From contig NC_042998.1 of the NCBI RefSeq assembly GCF_006345805.1, forward strand, positions 203,546,001-203,610,000: DNA of 64,000 bases. Reading direction: 5' to 3'. How positions within the stretch are numbered: position 1 is the first letter of the stretch; every line of letters starts with the position of its first letter. A program made the position numbers and the translations under genes. The notes under the pieces are model-generated. The model saw only the letters and a program-made list of their open reading frames with translations. It ran no database searches and was not told where the DNA came from. Positions 12,289 to 24,650 of this stretch are shown in pieces. Source of the DNA: Octopus sinensis. Its lineage: Eukaryota.

Positions 12289-12428
12289 TATATAAATCTC
12301 ATATGCACACACTAATGCACATATACACGCATACACATGCAAACATGGACAGACATACACGTGCACATATGTACATACACCCATACATGCATACATGTTA
12401 CCTTAGTTAAACTACCTCACATTATCGT

Positions 12429-12656
12429 GTGGCGAGCTGGCAGAAACGTTAGCATGCCGGGTGAAATGCGTAGCCGTATTTCGTCTTTTGTTACATTCTG
12501 AGTTCAAATTCCGCCGAGGTTGACTTTGCCTTTCATCCTTTCAGGGTCGATAAATAAAGTACCAGTTACGCACTGGGGTCGATGTAATCGACTTAATCCG
12601 TTTGTCTGTCCTTGTTTGTCCCCTCTGTGTTTAGCCCCTTGTGGGTAGTAAAGAAA
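12429..12656 (+). mobile_element. SINE-B
   Basis: Full copy, inverted relative to 12085-12288. Confidence 0.9.
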
Positions 12657-13594
12657 TTTATATATATCGTGTGCATTTGTCTGTTTGAATGTGTATACAC
12701 ACCATATGTTTGTGAATGATTGTACAGAATTGAGAATACTTTTTTCCTCATATATTTGCACTACATCTCATAAATAATACAGACCAGAAAATAGCAACAC
12801 ACACACACACACACACAAAGGTAATTCCTCACGTGAATATTTGAGATGTATTTGGTATTAAGGATCTTGGATCCAATCCAGCAAAGAGTGAATGTCATTC
12901 TGGCAACCTTACTTCCCATGGGTTGGCTTGCCTACGTGTTGTTGTTGTTGTTGTTGTGGCTATATGGATGTATGAAAGAGAAAGAGTTATGTGTACGGTG
13001 GTGGTGGTGGTGGTAACTACACACTAAGGTAGTGAGAAATTGAAAAAATAAAGCTCCATCTTAAAAGCTTGCTAACTCACGAGTCCCCATTTCTCCCTTT
13101 TGACCCCTAAACTAATCTAAGATACTGCACATACATAAACATATCTCCACATTTTGTACGGATGCATACACACATTAATACACATTTATACACCCACCAC
13201 TACTACCTGCTGTCTCAATCACACACATACACACATCACTTCATCCATATCATACACACATACATTACCTTAGCCGTACAACCACACTTTCCTCATACGT
13301 ACAGAACCTCAATATGTAACATTGCACACCTTCCATTTATCATAATCACACACATATCGCATGACACATATGCTCACACATTTAGCTGCGTCTATACCAC
13401 ACACACACTTATCATTTTCCATCCTATTTTCTGTATGGATTAGTCAGAACCCATCTAGTGCAGCATCTTCTCCCTTATTGCAGTCCTTTGTCGTCCCTTT
13501 TGCTAGAGTCCTCATTCTGAAATCAAACTTTCACCACTTTTTCCCCATGTTTTCCTCATGCTTCTGCAATATATATATATATATATATATATAT

Positions 13595-13930
13595 CATCAT
13601 CATCATCATCATCATCATCGTTTAACGTCCGTTTTCCATGCTAGCATGGGTTGGACGGTTCAACTGGGGTCTGGGAAGCCAGGGGCTGCACCAGGCTCCA
13701 GTCTGATCTGGCAGTGTTTCTACAGCTGGATGCCCTTCCTAACGCCAACCACTCCACGAGTGTAGTGGGTGCTTTCTATGTGCCAGGGGAGTCTGGCATC
13801 GGCCACGATCGGTTGGTGCTTTTAACATGCCACCGGCACGGAAGCCAGCCAAGGCGGCGCTGGCAATGGTCACGTTCGGATGGTGCTTTTTATGTGCCAC
13901 CGGCAAAGAAGCCAGTTGAGGCGGCGCTGG
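13595..13930 (-). mobile_element. SINE-C
   Basis: Core, tail and three sub-repeats. Confidence 0.9.
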
Positions 13931-15330
13931 CACATATATATGTGTGTGTCTGTGTGTGCTGCATGTGTGTATATGTATGCACACATGTATGTGCATGTAT
14001 ATGTGTATTGCATGTGTGTGTGTGTATATGCATGTGCATGCGTATATGTATGCACATGTGTATATGTATGTATATATATGTGTATGTGTATGTGTCTGTA
14101 TGTGTGCACATGTGTATATATGTATGTATATATATGTGTATGTGTCTGTATGTGTGCACATGTGTATATGTGTGTGTATATATGCACATGTGTGTGTATT
14201 GCTTTGTTGCTTATTTCGGTTGTCCTTTCTTTCATCTGAGCATCCCTTCAGTTTACCAAACTGCTTGATGCCAGCAAGAGATTTATATTTCATCTAATTA
14301 ACATCTTTTGGAGAACCAAGTGACATTTCCCTAACAGATCCAAATGACTTTGACATTAAATATATATTGTTCTAAGATTTCTCACTTAAAACCTGATGTC
14401 TTTCATAAAAAAAAGACAGTGGAACATGCTTTGTAAGATTTGGTTCGAGAAGACCCAACAATCAAAGCAAAAATGGGGCCCTAAAATTATTTTATGTTTG
14501 TGCCCCTAGACACCATGCATCCCTAATGAATCTCTCCCCCATCTCTCCTCTACCTATCACCAACCCATCCACCTGAGATCACCAATCCCTCCATTCCCCT
14601 CTATCCCCATTTCTATCCATCTGTCACCTTACCCCACTCTCTCAACTTATTCACCTCCTTGTAACTTTAGGGCCCAACCAGGCACATCTTCACCACCATG
14701 TTCTCTTTCACTTTCCTCTCTTTTCCAAGTGAGACAGCCATCTATCTCCACCACTGCAAAACCCTTTCTGTTTCAGTCCTCTTATCATTCTTCAGCCTCA
14801 CATCACATAGCCACAAACCCACCCCCCTCAATACTCCTCTTCCACTCGGTTGAGTGGTCGTGTCTTGTGAGTTTCTTGGTGACTTCATTAGTGCTGGTGC
14901 CACATAAAAAGCATTCCAGTACACTCTGTAAAGTGTTTGGTATTAGACAGGGTACCCAGCCATAGAAACCATACCAAAGCAGACCTTGAAGGTTGACATA
15001 ATCCACTGGTTCACCAGATCCCATTCAACTCATGCTGACCTGGAAGACTAACATTAAATGATGATGGTAATTAAGCAAGTGACCATAAAGATGTCCATAG
15101 TTGTTGTGCAGCTACTGGTCAGTTCTGATTGACCAGGTCCGGGTAGTTGACTGAATGATATTGTTTGACCTCACTATATCCAGATTCCAATTTTTCTCTC
15201 CACTGTACTGTGCAGTTGCACCATCTCTTGCTGCACCATCGATTTCACTTGCACCCTCTGTCCCTGCAGTTCTGTAAGAGTTACAGTTAAAAGAGAAAAT
15301 GGCCAAAGACAACATTAGGCAAGAATAAGC

Positions 15331-15576
15331 CCATTCTCTTAACCACTACGCCATATGCCCAAGTTCGATTCCAGGCAGTGACCTGAATAATAATAATGAT
15401 AATATCAAAAAATACCTTAGGAATGAGAACCCAGGTTTGAAATTTCCCCAAAACACCTGATGAAGGCTGGAGGGTATATCAGCTGAAACATTGTGTTAAC
15501 AACAAACAAGATGAGGACAAATATCTGCCAAATGTAAATGATGTACATGATTCCTCATTTCTCAAATATTGAACTG
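15331..15576 (+). mobile_element. HHR element family 1 with a partly inverted tRNA-like head, flanked by a 10-bp TSD
   Basis: AAGAATAAGC at 15321-15330 and 15577-15586. Inverted A box (reverse complement GGGCATATGGCGTAGTGGTTAAGAG), forward B box GTTCGATTCC, (AAT)n, then one HHR monomer. Confidence 0.8.
15452..15497 (+). ncRNA. Minimal type I hammerhead ribozyme (family 1)
   Basis: AACAC-CTGATGA-a-GGCTG-loop-CAGCT-GAAAC-ATT-GTGTT. ACGT has decayed to ACAT. Confidence 0.7.
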
Positions 15577-15685
15577 AAGAATAAGCATTCTTCTAAATAC
15601 ACCATTCTTTCACCTGAGGACCATCTTCCCACTCTGACACTCAGTGGTTAATTATATCTGGTGCAGTGTTGTAATTTCTAAGTAT

Positions 15686-15905
15686 ATATTTCTTTACTGC
15701 CCACAAGGGGCTAAACACAGAGGGGACAAACAAGGGCAGACAAATGGATTAGGTTGATTACATCGACCCCAGTGTGAAACTGGTACTTTATTTATCGACC
15801 CCGAAAGGATGAAAGGCAAAGTCGACCTTGGCGGAATTTGAACTCAGGACGTAATGGCAGACGAAATACGGCTATGCATTTCACCCGGCGTGCTAACGTT
15901 TCTGC
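15686..15905 (-). mobile_element. SINE-B
   Basis: Family consensus match. Confidence 0.9.
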
Positions 15906-16377
15906 CTGCTTGTTCTAAGTATAGGCACAGGCATGGCTGTGTGGTATGAAGTTTGCTTCCGAACCACATCGTTCAGGGACTGATGCGGGTTGGGTCAAAA
16001 CAATTGTTGTGTTGAATAAAAATTCTTACAAACTCCATTTTTCATTTCCCTCATTCTTTATTCACACACACACACACATCTATGTGAGTGTGTGTGCTTC
16101 TGAGAGCAAGTCTGTAGCTCCCAAGTCTACATGTGTTCATTCACAGAGTTGTAAATGATAGTTTTGCTAATGCTAATGATGTCATTTGCATGCAGTCCAT
16201 GATGAATGCATGGCCAGGCTTCTTTACATGTTTTCTCATGTAGCTTGATTAGCATAAACAGAAATGCTTGTATCAGTGTCATTTGTTTCCAGGTCTCCAC
16301 ATAAACATGTTTAGGTTGCTTGTTGTTTAATAGACTGTGTGTGATTTATTGCCTCACTTGGAAACGGGTGGGATTTA

Positions 16378-16501
16378 GCAGGGCATCCAGCTGTAGAAAC
16401 ACTGCCAGATCAGACTGGTGCATCCCTGGCTTCCCAGACCCCGGTCGAACCGTCCAACCCGTGCTAGCGCGGAAAACGGACGTTAAACGATGATGATGAT
16501 G
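16378..16501 (+). mobile_element. SINE-C 3' part joined to an older element
   Basis: Core and tail. Confidence 0.8.
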
Positions 16502-16835
16502 AGGGTGCCCAGCTATGGAAAAATCTACCCTTATGTACTCGCATCTGAACTATGCATGAGGGTGATGGTCATTAGGAAGCTGCGAGAGGGACATAGGTGA
16601 GCCCAGGAACTTCCTAGAATTCCAGAGATACACATAATAATTCATGTTTGTAAAGGAATCAAAAAGAAACTTTGTGTCACTTCGTGAAATTTCATCTCAG
16701 AAGCCCTGGTTGTATATGTGTATTCGGTATTATATATGGAGTTATATCTGCAGCTGTGTGTGTATGTAATCTATTGCAAAATATTCTGGGTACTGTGTGC
16801 CTGGTACTTCTATTGTTATATATATGTACCAGGTA

Positions 16836-17255
16836 TTGATCTGATCAAAAAATCAAATGGAAATTGTAGTTGTGATACCTGTGCACCATTCAAAAAAAGC
16901 ACCATTCAAGTATGGTCGTTGTCAGGGCCTCCTGACTGGCTCCCATGCTGGTGGCACGTAAAAAGCACCATTTGAATGTGGTCATTGTCAGTGCCACCTG
17001 TCTGGCTCTCATGCCAGTGGCATGTAAAAGCACCATTCATGTGCGGTCGATGCCAGTACTGCCCCTATACCGATGGCATGTAAAAAGCACCCACTACACT
17101 CTCGGAGTGGTTGGCGTTAGGAAGGGCATCCAGCTGTAGAAACCTTGCCAGATCAGATTGGAGCCTTCTGCGGCCTCCTGGCTTGCCAGTCCTGAGTCAA
17201 ACTGTCCAACTCATGCCAGCATGGAAAGCGGACATTAAATGATGATGATGATGAC
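16836..17255 (+). mobile_element. SINE-C long variant
   Basis: ATCAAATGGAAATTGTAGTTGTGATACCTGTG leader shared with 40640 and 46370, four sub-repeats, tail. Confidence 0.85.
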
Positions 17256-17619
17256 ATGTATGTGCAGAGCTGGTCAAGATATTTTGAATGAAAGACTAGT
17301 ACTTGCCCATGTATGCAGATTTCTTCCCTCTCCTCTCTATTGATATTTATCCAAGGAAGATGCCATAGAATTGGGCCAATACAGCTTGGCACCAATGCCA
17401 CCCACAGACATTGCTGTCAGAATAGAAAATGAGCTAAAACAAATACCACAAGGCACCTTACTTGATCCTTCTAACTGTTCTGCTAATCCGCCACTGTGAA
17501 TTGGTACTATTTTAACTGACCTTGAAAGCAGACCTTGGCAGGATTTGAACTCAGGGTGCAGAGAGTCAGAACAAATACTGCAAGGCATTCTGTCCACTAC
17601 TCTGACACCTTTGTCATTT

Positions 17620-17626
17620 TGTTGCC

Positions 17627-17663
<37 letters not shown>

Positions 17664-17950
17664 AGTCATTTTATTGGAACATTTGTGTACAATTATGTGC
17701 ATGCACATTTGCATATGCATACGTACATGTTCAAGTATATGTATGTGCGTATACATTCAATTATGCACGTGTGTGTATATGTTCATGTGTGCTTATAAGT
17801 TCATGTATGCATGTCTGGGTTTGTGTATGTGTGCATATGTGCATTCTTGTGTGTGCATGTCTCGTGCACTTTTGTGCATTTTCACATGTTCATTTATATA
17901 TGTGTGTGCATGCGTGCGGTTCTTTCTGTGAATATGTTTCTGAGCATCCC

Positions 17951-17981
<31 letters not shown>

Positions 17982-18045
17982 CTCTTGCAATCCTGTATTT
18001 CATAGTGCATGTGTGTGTGTGTTGTGTGTGTGTGTGTGTGCAGTT
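17620..18045. repeat. (TG)n/TGCA-rich microsatellite tract
   Basis: Direct inspection. Confidence 0.9.
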
Positions 18046-18486
18046 GTTACCATAAAAGTATGGTCCTGTGGAAGGGTAACGTCTGCGCATGTGTGTACAG
18101 CTGTGGATTTGTGCGTGTGATCATGTTTACGTATTTCTGACTGAGTTTATGTTTGTGTGCATTTGCGTACACAAATATATGTATGTTTTGATATGCAAGT
18201 ATATGTTGTTTCTGAAAATATATTCCCAAATGTAGGTTTTCATGCATGTCACCCAGTACATTTGAATGAGTATGCATACTTGCATCAGAGATTTGTCCTC
18301 TGGGTAGGAAAGGTATAAACTGCCTGTTCACACCAAAACTATTAATATTTAGTATATAAGACACTAGTGCACAACCTGTTGTTTTATGCCTGGAATAAAT
18401 AAGACTTTGTTTCATTGACATATAACTGTATATTCAAGAGAGAATTAAGAGGAGGTAAAATAATATTCAAATAAAAAGAATATTAA

Positions 18487-18703
18487 CCCTTTTGTTACCA
18501 ACCCGGCAGAAACCAGCTCTGGCTCTGTAATACAAATGTCTTGTTTTCATAAGTTTTGAATAAAAATCTTCCACCAAAACTCAGTCACAATTTATGTTCC
18601 TAATACTAGCTGAATGATTACTAAGTTATTTTACTAAATACTTTGTTATAAAGTAATTGAAAGAAACACAGAACATCTCAACAAAAATATGGTAACAAAA
18701 GGG
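18487..18703. mobile_element. piggyBac-type MITE
   Basis: TTAA|CCCTTTTGTTACC...GGTAACAAAAGGG|TTAA. Confidence 0.9.
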
Positions 18704-18734
18704 TTAAAATATATAATAGAGCAACAATTCTTAA

Positions 18735-18917
18735 CCCTTTCGTTACCATCCTGGCTCTGTAATACAAATAAAAGCCTTCCACCAAACCTTAGTTAAAATT
18801 TATGTTCCTAACACTAGCTGAATGATAATAACTAAGTTATTTTACAAAAATTCTTTGTTATATTTGAAATAATTGAAAGAAACAGAGCATCTCAACAGAA
18901 ATACAGTAACGCAAGGG
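18735..18917. mobile_element. piggyBac-type MITE, related copy with an internal deletion
   Basis: TTAA|CCCTTTCGTTAC...GTAACGCAAGGG|TTAA; internal sequence homologous to 18487-18703. Confidence 0.85.
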
Positions 18918-19174
18918 TTAAATAGATCAAAATACGTATGTTTTTAACGTCACCTATTTTCATGGAGCACATTGCCATCTTCTAATGTACTCTCTCTAAA
19001 GAGTGAATTTAGTTCATGAAGAAGTTGAGCAATATAGAAATTACTCCTTGTTTGATTTCCATTTTCCATGCTGGCATGGAGTGGACGGTTTGGCAGGAGC
19101 TGGAGAGCTACACTAGGTTCCATTTGTTTTCATGTGGTGCCGGCACATTTCAGGTGGTACCAGCCCTTCTTTAA

Positions 19175-19582
19175 CTCTTTTACTCTTTTACTTGTTTCAG
19201 TCATGTGACTGTGGCCATGCTGGAGCACCGCCTTTAGTCGAGCAAATCGACCCCAGGACTTATTCTTTGTAAGCCTAGTACTTATTCTAGCGATCTCTTT
19301 TGCCGAACTGCTAAGTTACAAGGAGGTAAACACACCAGTATCGGTTGTCAAGCGATGTTGGTGGGGACAAACACAGACACAAACATATACACACCACACA
19401 TGCATATATACATATACATGACTGGCTTCTTTCAGTTTCCGTCTACCAAATCCACTCGCAAGGCTTTGGTCGGCCCGAGGCTATAGTAGAAGACACTTGC
19501 CTAAGGTGCCACGCAATGGGACTGAACCCAAAACCATGTGCTTCATTAGCAAGCTACTTATCACACAGTCACTCCTATGCCT
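19175..19582 (-). mobile_element. SINE-A, full length
   Basis: Head, CORE-like block and tail. Confidence 0.9.
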
Positions 19583-20629
19583 ACATTAACTATAAAATTA
19601 AATTTCATAGTCATTCACATAATGTCATTAAATATCTACAGAAAATAGAATTGCTTTTTTCTGCAAGTCGTATTAACTTGTGTTAAGTTTTGAATTAAAA
19701 TGTGTCTCAACAAAAGATTGATTGGTAAATAAAACTTCTTTCCACAGTTAAAGCTAAAGAAATTTTGAGTAGATATACATTTCTCCATTAAAAGAGTTAA
19801 GCTGATTGGGTGTGATGCAAGGAAGATTTGGCTTCTATTTCTAGCGAGATGGGTGGCCAATTAAACATTCCATTATTGACTCAAGCAATGTGGTGGAGGT
19901 GGGGTGGTGTTGATAGGGATGGTATTAAGCCAGGTGGTGTTTTTAGACTACAACCAATGTTGTAGACTGTGAAGAGGGGGTACATGCTCGTATATGTAGG
20001 GCCTCTCAGAGGAATTTTATCAGAGATACAAAGTTACTTTTGGGGCCCTTCAACATATGTTAGTCTTCAATATATGTAAACATTTTCTGAGAGCTCTGGA
20101 AATTCCCAAGTCCAGGTTTTCTGTACTCCTTATATCCCATCTCCCACAGCCTGTGTGTGAGGAGGGTGAGATGTCTATAATTAGATATGATTTCCATCCA
20201 TAAATGTTCTATTTGCTGTTCCTGTTCCCTTTAGGAAAACCATTAACATCAAAATATGCCATTCCCTATCCTCAGGGCTCGTGATGTCTACAAGAAAAAC
20301 CTGTATGAGCCAACAAGGGAATCACTACATGGTCCGTTGATTTGCTAGAAATATCAGCCAATCTCCTTCAGGTCATACACAATTATCTTAAAAAAGACAC
20401 ACAACCTGCACAATAAAATGTTAGATATTCATAAAGATGGTTTGTCATGGATGGAATGGCTTTCATTATAGGACTGTTCAAAACAATATAGATGGATAAG
20501 GGACATGCGATATCTGGTGTGAATGCTTCCCACAAAATGATACATATAAGAGATAACTACATCAACTACAAATATAAATGGTTCCAGCATCTGCACGAGG
20601 AAGTAATGATGGCCCGTGTGTGTGTTATC

Positions 20630-21000
20630 ATCATCATTTGACATCCATTTTCCATGCTGGGACGGGTAGCACAGTTTGACAGGAGCTGCACCAGGTTCCA
20701 GTTGTCTGTTTTGACATGGCTTCTATGGCTGGATGCCCTTCCTAATGCCAACTGTTTTACAGTGTAGTAGGCGCTTCTTGTGTGGTACCAGCATGGTACA
20801 TTTGATGTGGCACCAGCACGGGTGCATTTGACATGGAACTAGCATGGATGCATTTGACATGGGCACCAGCACGGGTGCATTTGACATGGGCACCAGCATG
20901 GGTGCATTAGACGTGGAACTAGCATGGGTCCTTTTGACGTGGCAGCAGCACGGATGCATTTGATGTGGCAGCAGCACCTGTGGGTTTGCCAAGTACCTTG
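20630..21000 (-). mobile_element. Old SINE-C with about 21-bp sub-repeats
   Basis: GGATGCCCTTCCTAATGCC core; repeated AGCA.GGGTGCATTTGACATGG. Confidence 0.75.
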
Positions 21001-21704
21001 CATGACAAGGACCTCTCAGCTGAGAAAACGGGTTGTGTGCCAGTTGAGAAGCTGGAGTATGATCAAGGAACAGGGATAGCTGTCTTACTACTGAGGAGAT
21101 TCTGGGGCTAATTAAGTGTTATGTAAATACACGATAAAAACGGGCAGTATAAAAAGATTAATGGTAATGCATGTGATGAGGGGCACATGCAGCCATTTAT
21201 AACCCCATTTTTGTATAACCATCTCATCATATTCGTTCTATGTATTGTCCCCTCTTTGGTGTCCTGTCTGTCTTTGTTATATTTGGGCCCTTGTGGCTAA
21301 TAAAGAAACCGTGATACTGGGGCTACCCTGTCTGGTGTAATACTTCAGCTGCTAGGCTATAGATGTGCTCTCTCTCTCTCCCCCCCCCCTCATGCCACAT
21401 TTTCTTAATCAATACTACAATGACATGTGCTCTTTTGTGCCATCTTGCAATGAGCCACTCTCACCGAAGCTTACTCACTCACTCTTCTGCCCTAATCTCA
21501 TTGCCCTTGCTGTGGTCTCACACGATCTACTATTATCCAATATAGCCAATCCTTCTTCTTCCACTTGTGATCCCTCTGGACTTCCCTCCCCACTCATGTC
21601 ATTCCTCCAGTCATATATTTACTATCATTCAAGAGACAAACCTCATCAACAATATCAGTCTCACCAATATCAGAGGACCTGTAAAAAACCCTTTCGATGT
21701 ACAG

Positions 21705-22915
21705 GAAGCCCAGCATCTGAAGGGCCTTTCTCACCACTTTGTCCCACATCTTCCTGGGTCTACCCCTTCCACAAGCACCCTCTACAAGTAGAGCTCAGAA
21801 CTTCTTTACAGTTCTATATTTAAGAGATGAGGAATTATTTACATTATTTAGATTATTTACATTTGACGGATATTTGTCCTCATCTTGTTTGTTGTTAACA
21901 CGTTTCAGCTGATATACCCTCCAGCCTTCATCAGGTGTCTTGAGGAAATTTCAAACCTGGGTTCTCATTCCTAAGGTACTTTTCAATGTTATTATTATTA
22001 TTATTCAGTTCTATATTTAAGTGATGAAGGATTATTTACATTTGACAGATATTTGTCCTCATTTTGTTTACTGTTAACACAATGTTTCGGCTGATATACT
22101 CTCCAGACTTCATCAGGTGTCTTGGGGAAATTTCGAACCTGGATTCTCATTCCTAAGGTATTTTTCGATGTTATTATTATTACTATTAGCCGAAACATTG
22201 TGTTAACAACAAACAAGATTAGGACAAATATCTGTCAAATGTAAATAACGTAAAGCACTTCTTTAAGCAGCTATCCTCATCCATAGGCATCACATGACCA
22301 AACCAGCAGAGTCTTCTTTCTCTTGCACACAACATATGATGCCTCATATGTTACCTAGTTTCTCTCTCAAATCATTTACGCTCTGTCATGCATGCACACT
22401 GACATTACCCATCAAGCAAAGCATGCTGCTTTCATTTCTTTCAAGCCTTTGCAAATCCTCTGTAGTCAGAGCCCATGTTTCACTACTATGCAGCATAGCT
22501 GTACGTACACAGGCATCATACAGTCTGCTTTTCACTCTGGAGGAGAGAAGCCCTTAGTTACCAACAAAAGTAGAAGCTCTCTGAACTTTGCCCAGCCTGT
22601 TCTTATCCTAGCAACTACACTTTCAGAGTTCCCTCCTCCCCTGCTAACTTGGTCTCCTAGGTAACAGAAGCTATCTACTACTTCTAATGATCCCCACAAG
22701 CATTTGAGGGAGTCTACTGTCTGTGTATTTTTAGTGCTTATTGTACCTGCACATCTGCCACACACAAAGACTATATTTTCCGTTAACCTTCCTGTGATAC
22801 CACTGCACCTCTTACATGTCCAAAGCTTGCACTGGATCCAATATATGGGGTTTCTGCTAAACCCTTCTTACATACTAAGCGAAGCCATCTCCCTGAAAGG
22901 AGTTGCAGGAGATGG
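21705..22915 (-). pseudogene. Decayed RTE-clade LINE ORF2 (RT thumb region), split by the HHR insertion at 21805-22250
   Basis: LEVVDSFCYLGDQVS..VVARIRTGWAKFRELL..RLYDACVRTAMLHSSETW..WFGHV..DEDSCLKKC, continuing left of the insertion as VEGACGRGRPRKMWDKVV. Confidence 0.85.
21805..22250 (-). mobile_element. HHR element family 1: two tandem monomers plus an inverted 5' fragment
   Basis: CTGATGA cores on the minus strand near 21928-21934 and 22110-22116 (period about 182). An inverted piece of the HHR region lies at about 22187-22248. Confidence 0.85.
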
Positions 22916-22944
22916 CCCTGCTCGATATGTAAGAAGGGTTTTAT

Positions 22945-23105
22945 ATATGATGGGCTTCTTTCCATTTCTGCCTACCAAATTTACTCTCCCAGTTTTGGTC
23001 AGCTTGGGGGCCCTAATGAACGGCACTTGCTGAAGATGCTACACAGTGCAACTGAACCTGGGACCATGTGGTTGGGAAGCAAACTTTTTATCACACGGGC
23101 CACAT
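22945..23105 (-). mobile_element. SINE-A 5' half, diverged
   Basis: Head and CORE-like block. Confidence 0.7.
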
Positions 23106-24142
23106 GTGTGCGTATAGATTTGTATGTGTATAATTATCTAAATGCATTCATGCGTGCATCTCTGCTATGAATGTATTGCATCTCTGCCTGCAATAGATTT
23201 ATGCATATCTATCTGTGCGAGATATTTGGTATCCTAGCTCTGCAAATTCATTTATAAATGGGAATTTAGAATATGCCAATGCATATTGTATGCTAATAAA
23301 GCTGTTTATATGCATTCCTTATTTGTATGCAAATTTTAGCAAGGAACAGTCTTTTTTATGCTTCTCTGCACAAGCGTGCACACCTTGATCAGAATCCCAC
23401 TTTGATATGAAACTATGGACAGGTTGTGAGGCTGCCTGCAGTACGAGGAAAGTTGGGGAAACTGGATTGCTTTGTTTCCTTATTTTATCTTCTCCATGTA
23501 TAACCATTTCTTCCTCTTTCTACCTCCATCTTTTTCATCTTGCTTCACCTACTCTCTTTCTCTCTCTCTCTCTCTCTTTCCTCTCTGCTACTCTTTCACC
23601 ATTTCACTCTTCGTCCTTACATTTCTGCTCTCCTACCATCTTTCTTCACTCACTCTCTCCTTCACTTGTATCTCTTTTTCTTTTAACTCTCTCTTATACA
23701 TACATACCCACCAGCCTCCTCTCTCTCTCTCTCTCTCACCCTCTCCTCCTTGTCGCTTACTCAGTGGCTCTTTCTTTCTCTCTCTCTCTGTGGCAGTTAA
23801 GGAAAAAAAAAGAAAAGAAAAAAACAGCTGTACTAGTTGCTGACTATCAGGTAAACAAGGTGACGAAATGATACGAGGGTGGCAGAGGTAGGGAGATTAT
23901 GGGTTGTCACACATAATCATGCCCCCCCCCCCCGTACTTATACGCATGCACGCACACATAAATCCTATACGCACACACTAAACAGTCATTTCTTAATACG
24001 CTCTTCTATAGACACACATTCATACATACATCCATACATATATATGCTCCAGCGTGGTCTTTGCTTAGATCTCTAAAACAAATGTAATGTAAGCTTAAGT
24101 ACACACACGTGTGCCCATTACACACACAATGTTACTTCAGTA

Positions 24143-24235
24143 CAGCAATCCCTCGACTATCGCGGGTGTTACATTCCAAAACCCACCGCAATAGGTGAAA
24201 ATTCGCAAAGTAGAAACAGCACTGTACTGTATATA
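24143..24235 (+). mobile_element. Tigger/pogo-type MITE left end
   Basis: TA|CAGCAATCCCTCGACTATCGCGGG; a matching right end (..GCGAGGGATT..) lies at about 26405-26447. Confidence 0.65.
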
Positions 24236-24257
24236 CTTTTAAAAATTATTTTTATAA

Positions 24258-24650
24258 TCTCTCTATATATAAAGCTGAAGTTGTCTGTGTATGGCAGGTT
24301 TGGTAGCCTTCAACTAACACTATCTCCTCCGAGACCCTGCGGCGCAAGTTGACCAAAATTGAGAGTATGATAGAAGAAGGCTTGCTCTTCATTCCGTTGA
24401 AGAAAAAAATTCAAATCGGACCATATTAACACCAAAAATTATTTACATCAAAAAGGTGCTTTTTTCCTATGAAAATCCCTATTTTTTACGATTTTCTGAC
24501 TGCTGTGTCGCCATTTTTTGGTGTATTTCAACCAGAAAAATGTTCACTTAAAGAGAATAACAAGCTACATGATGCAAACTGTTTACTTTTCAAAAATTCC
24601 AATTCTAAAGGGTTGAAACAAACCCGAGCAACGCCGGGCGATACTGCTAG
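24258..24650 (+). mobile_element. Non-autonomous Helitron, family H1
   Basis: A|TCTCTCTATATATAAAG...CCCGAGCAACGCCGGG hairpin...CTAG|T. Confidence 0.9.

Noticed and set aside
17341-17510. Protein-like frame EDAIELGQYSLAPMPPTD...
   Set aside because: The minus strand resembles a decayed SINE-B head.
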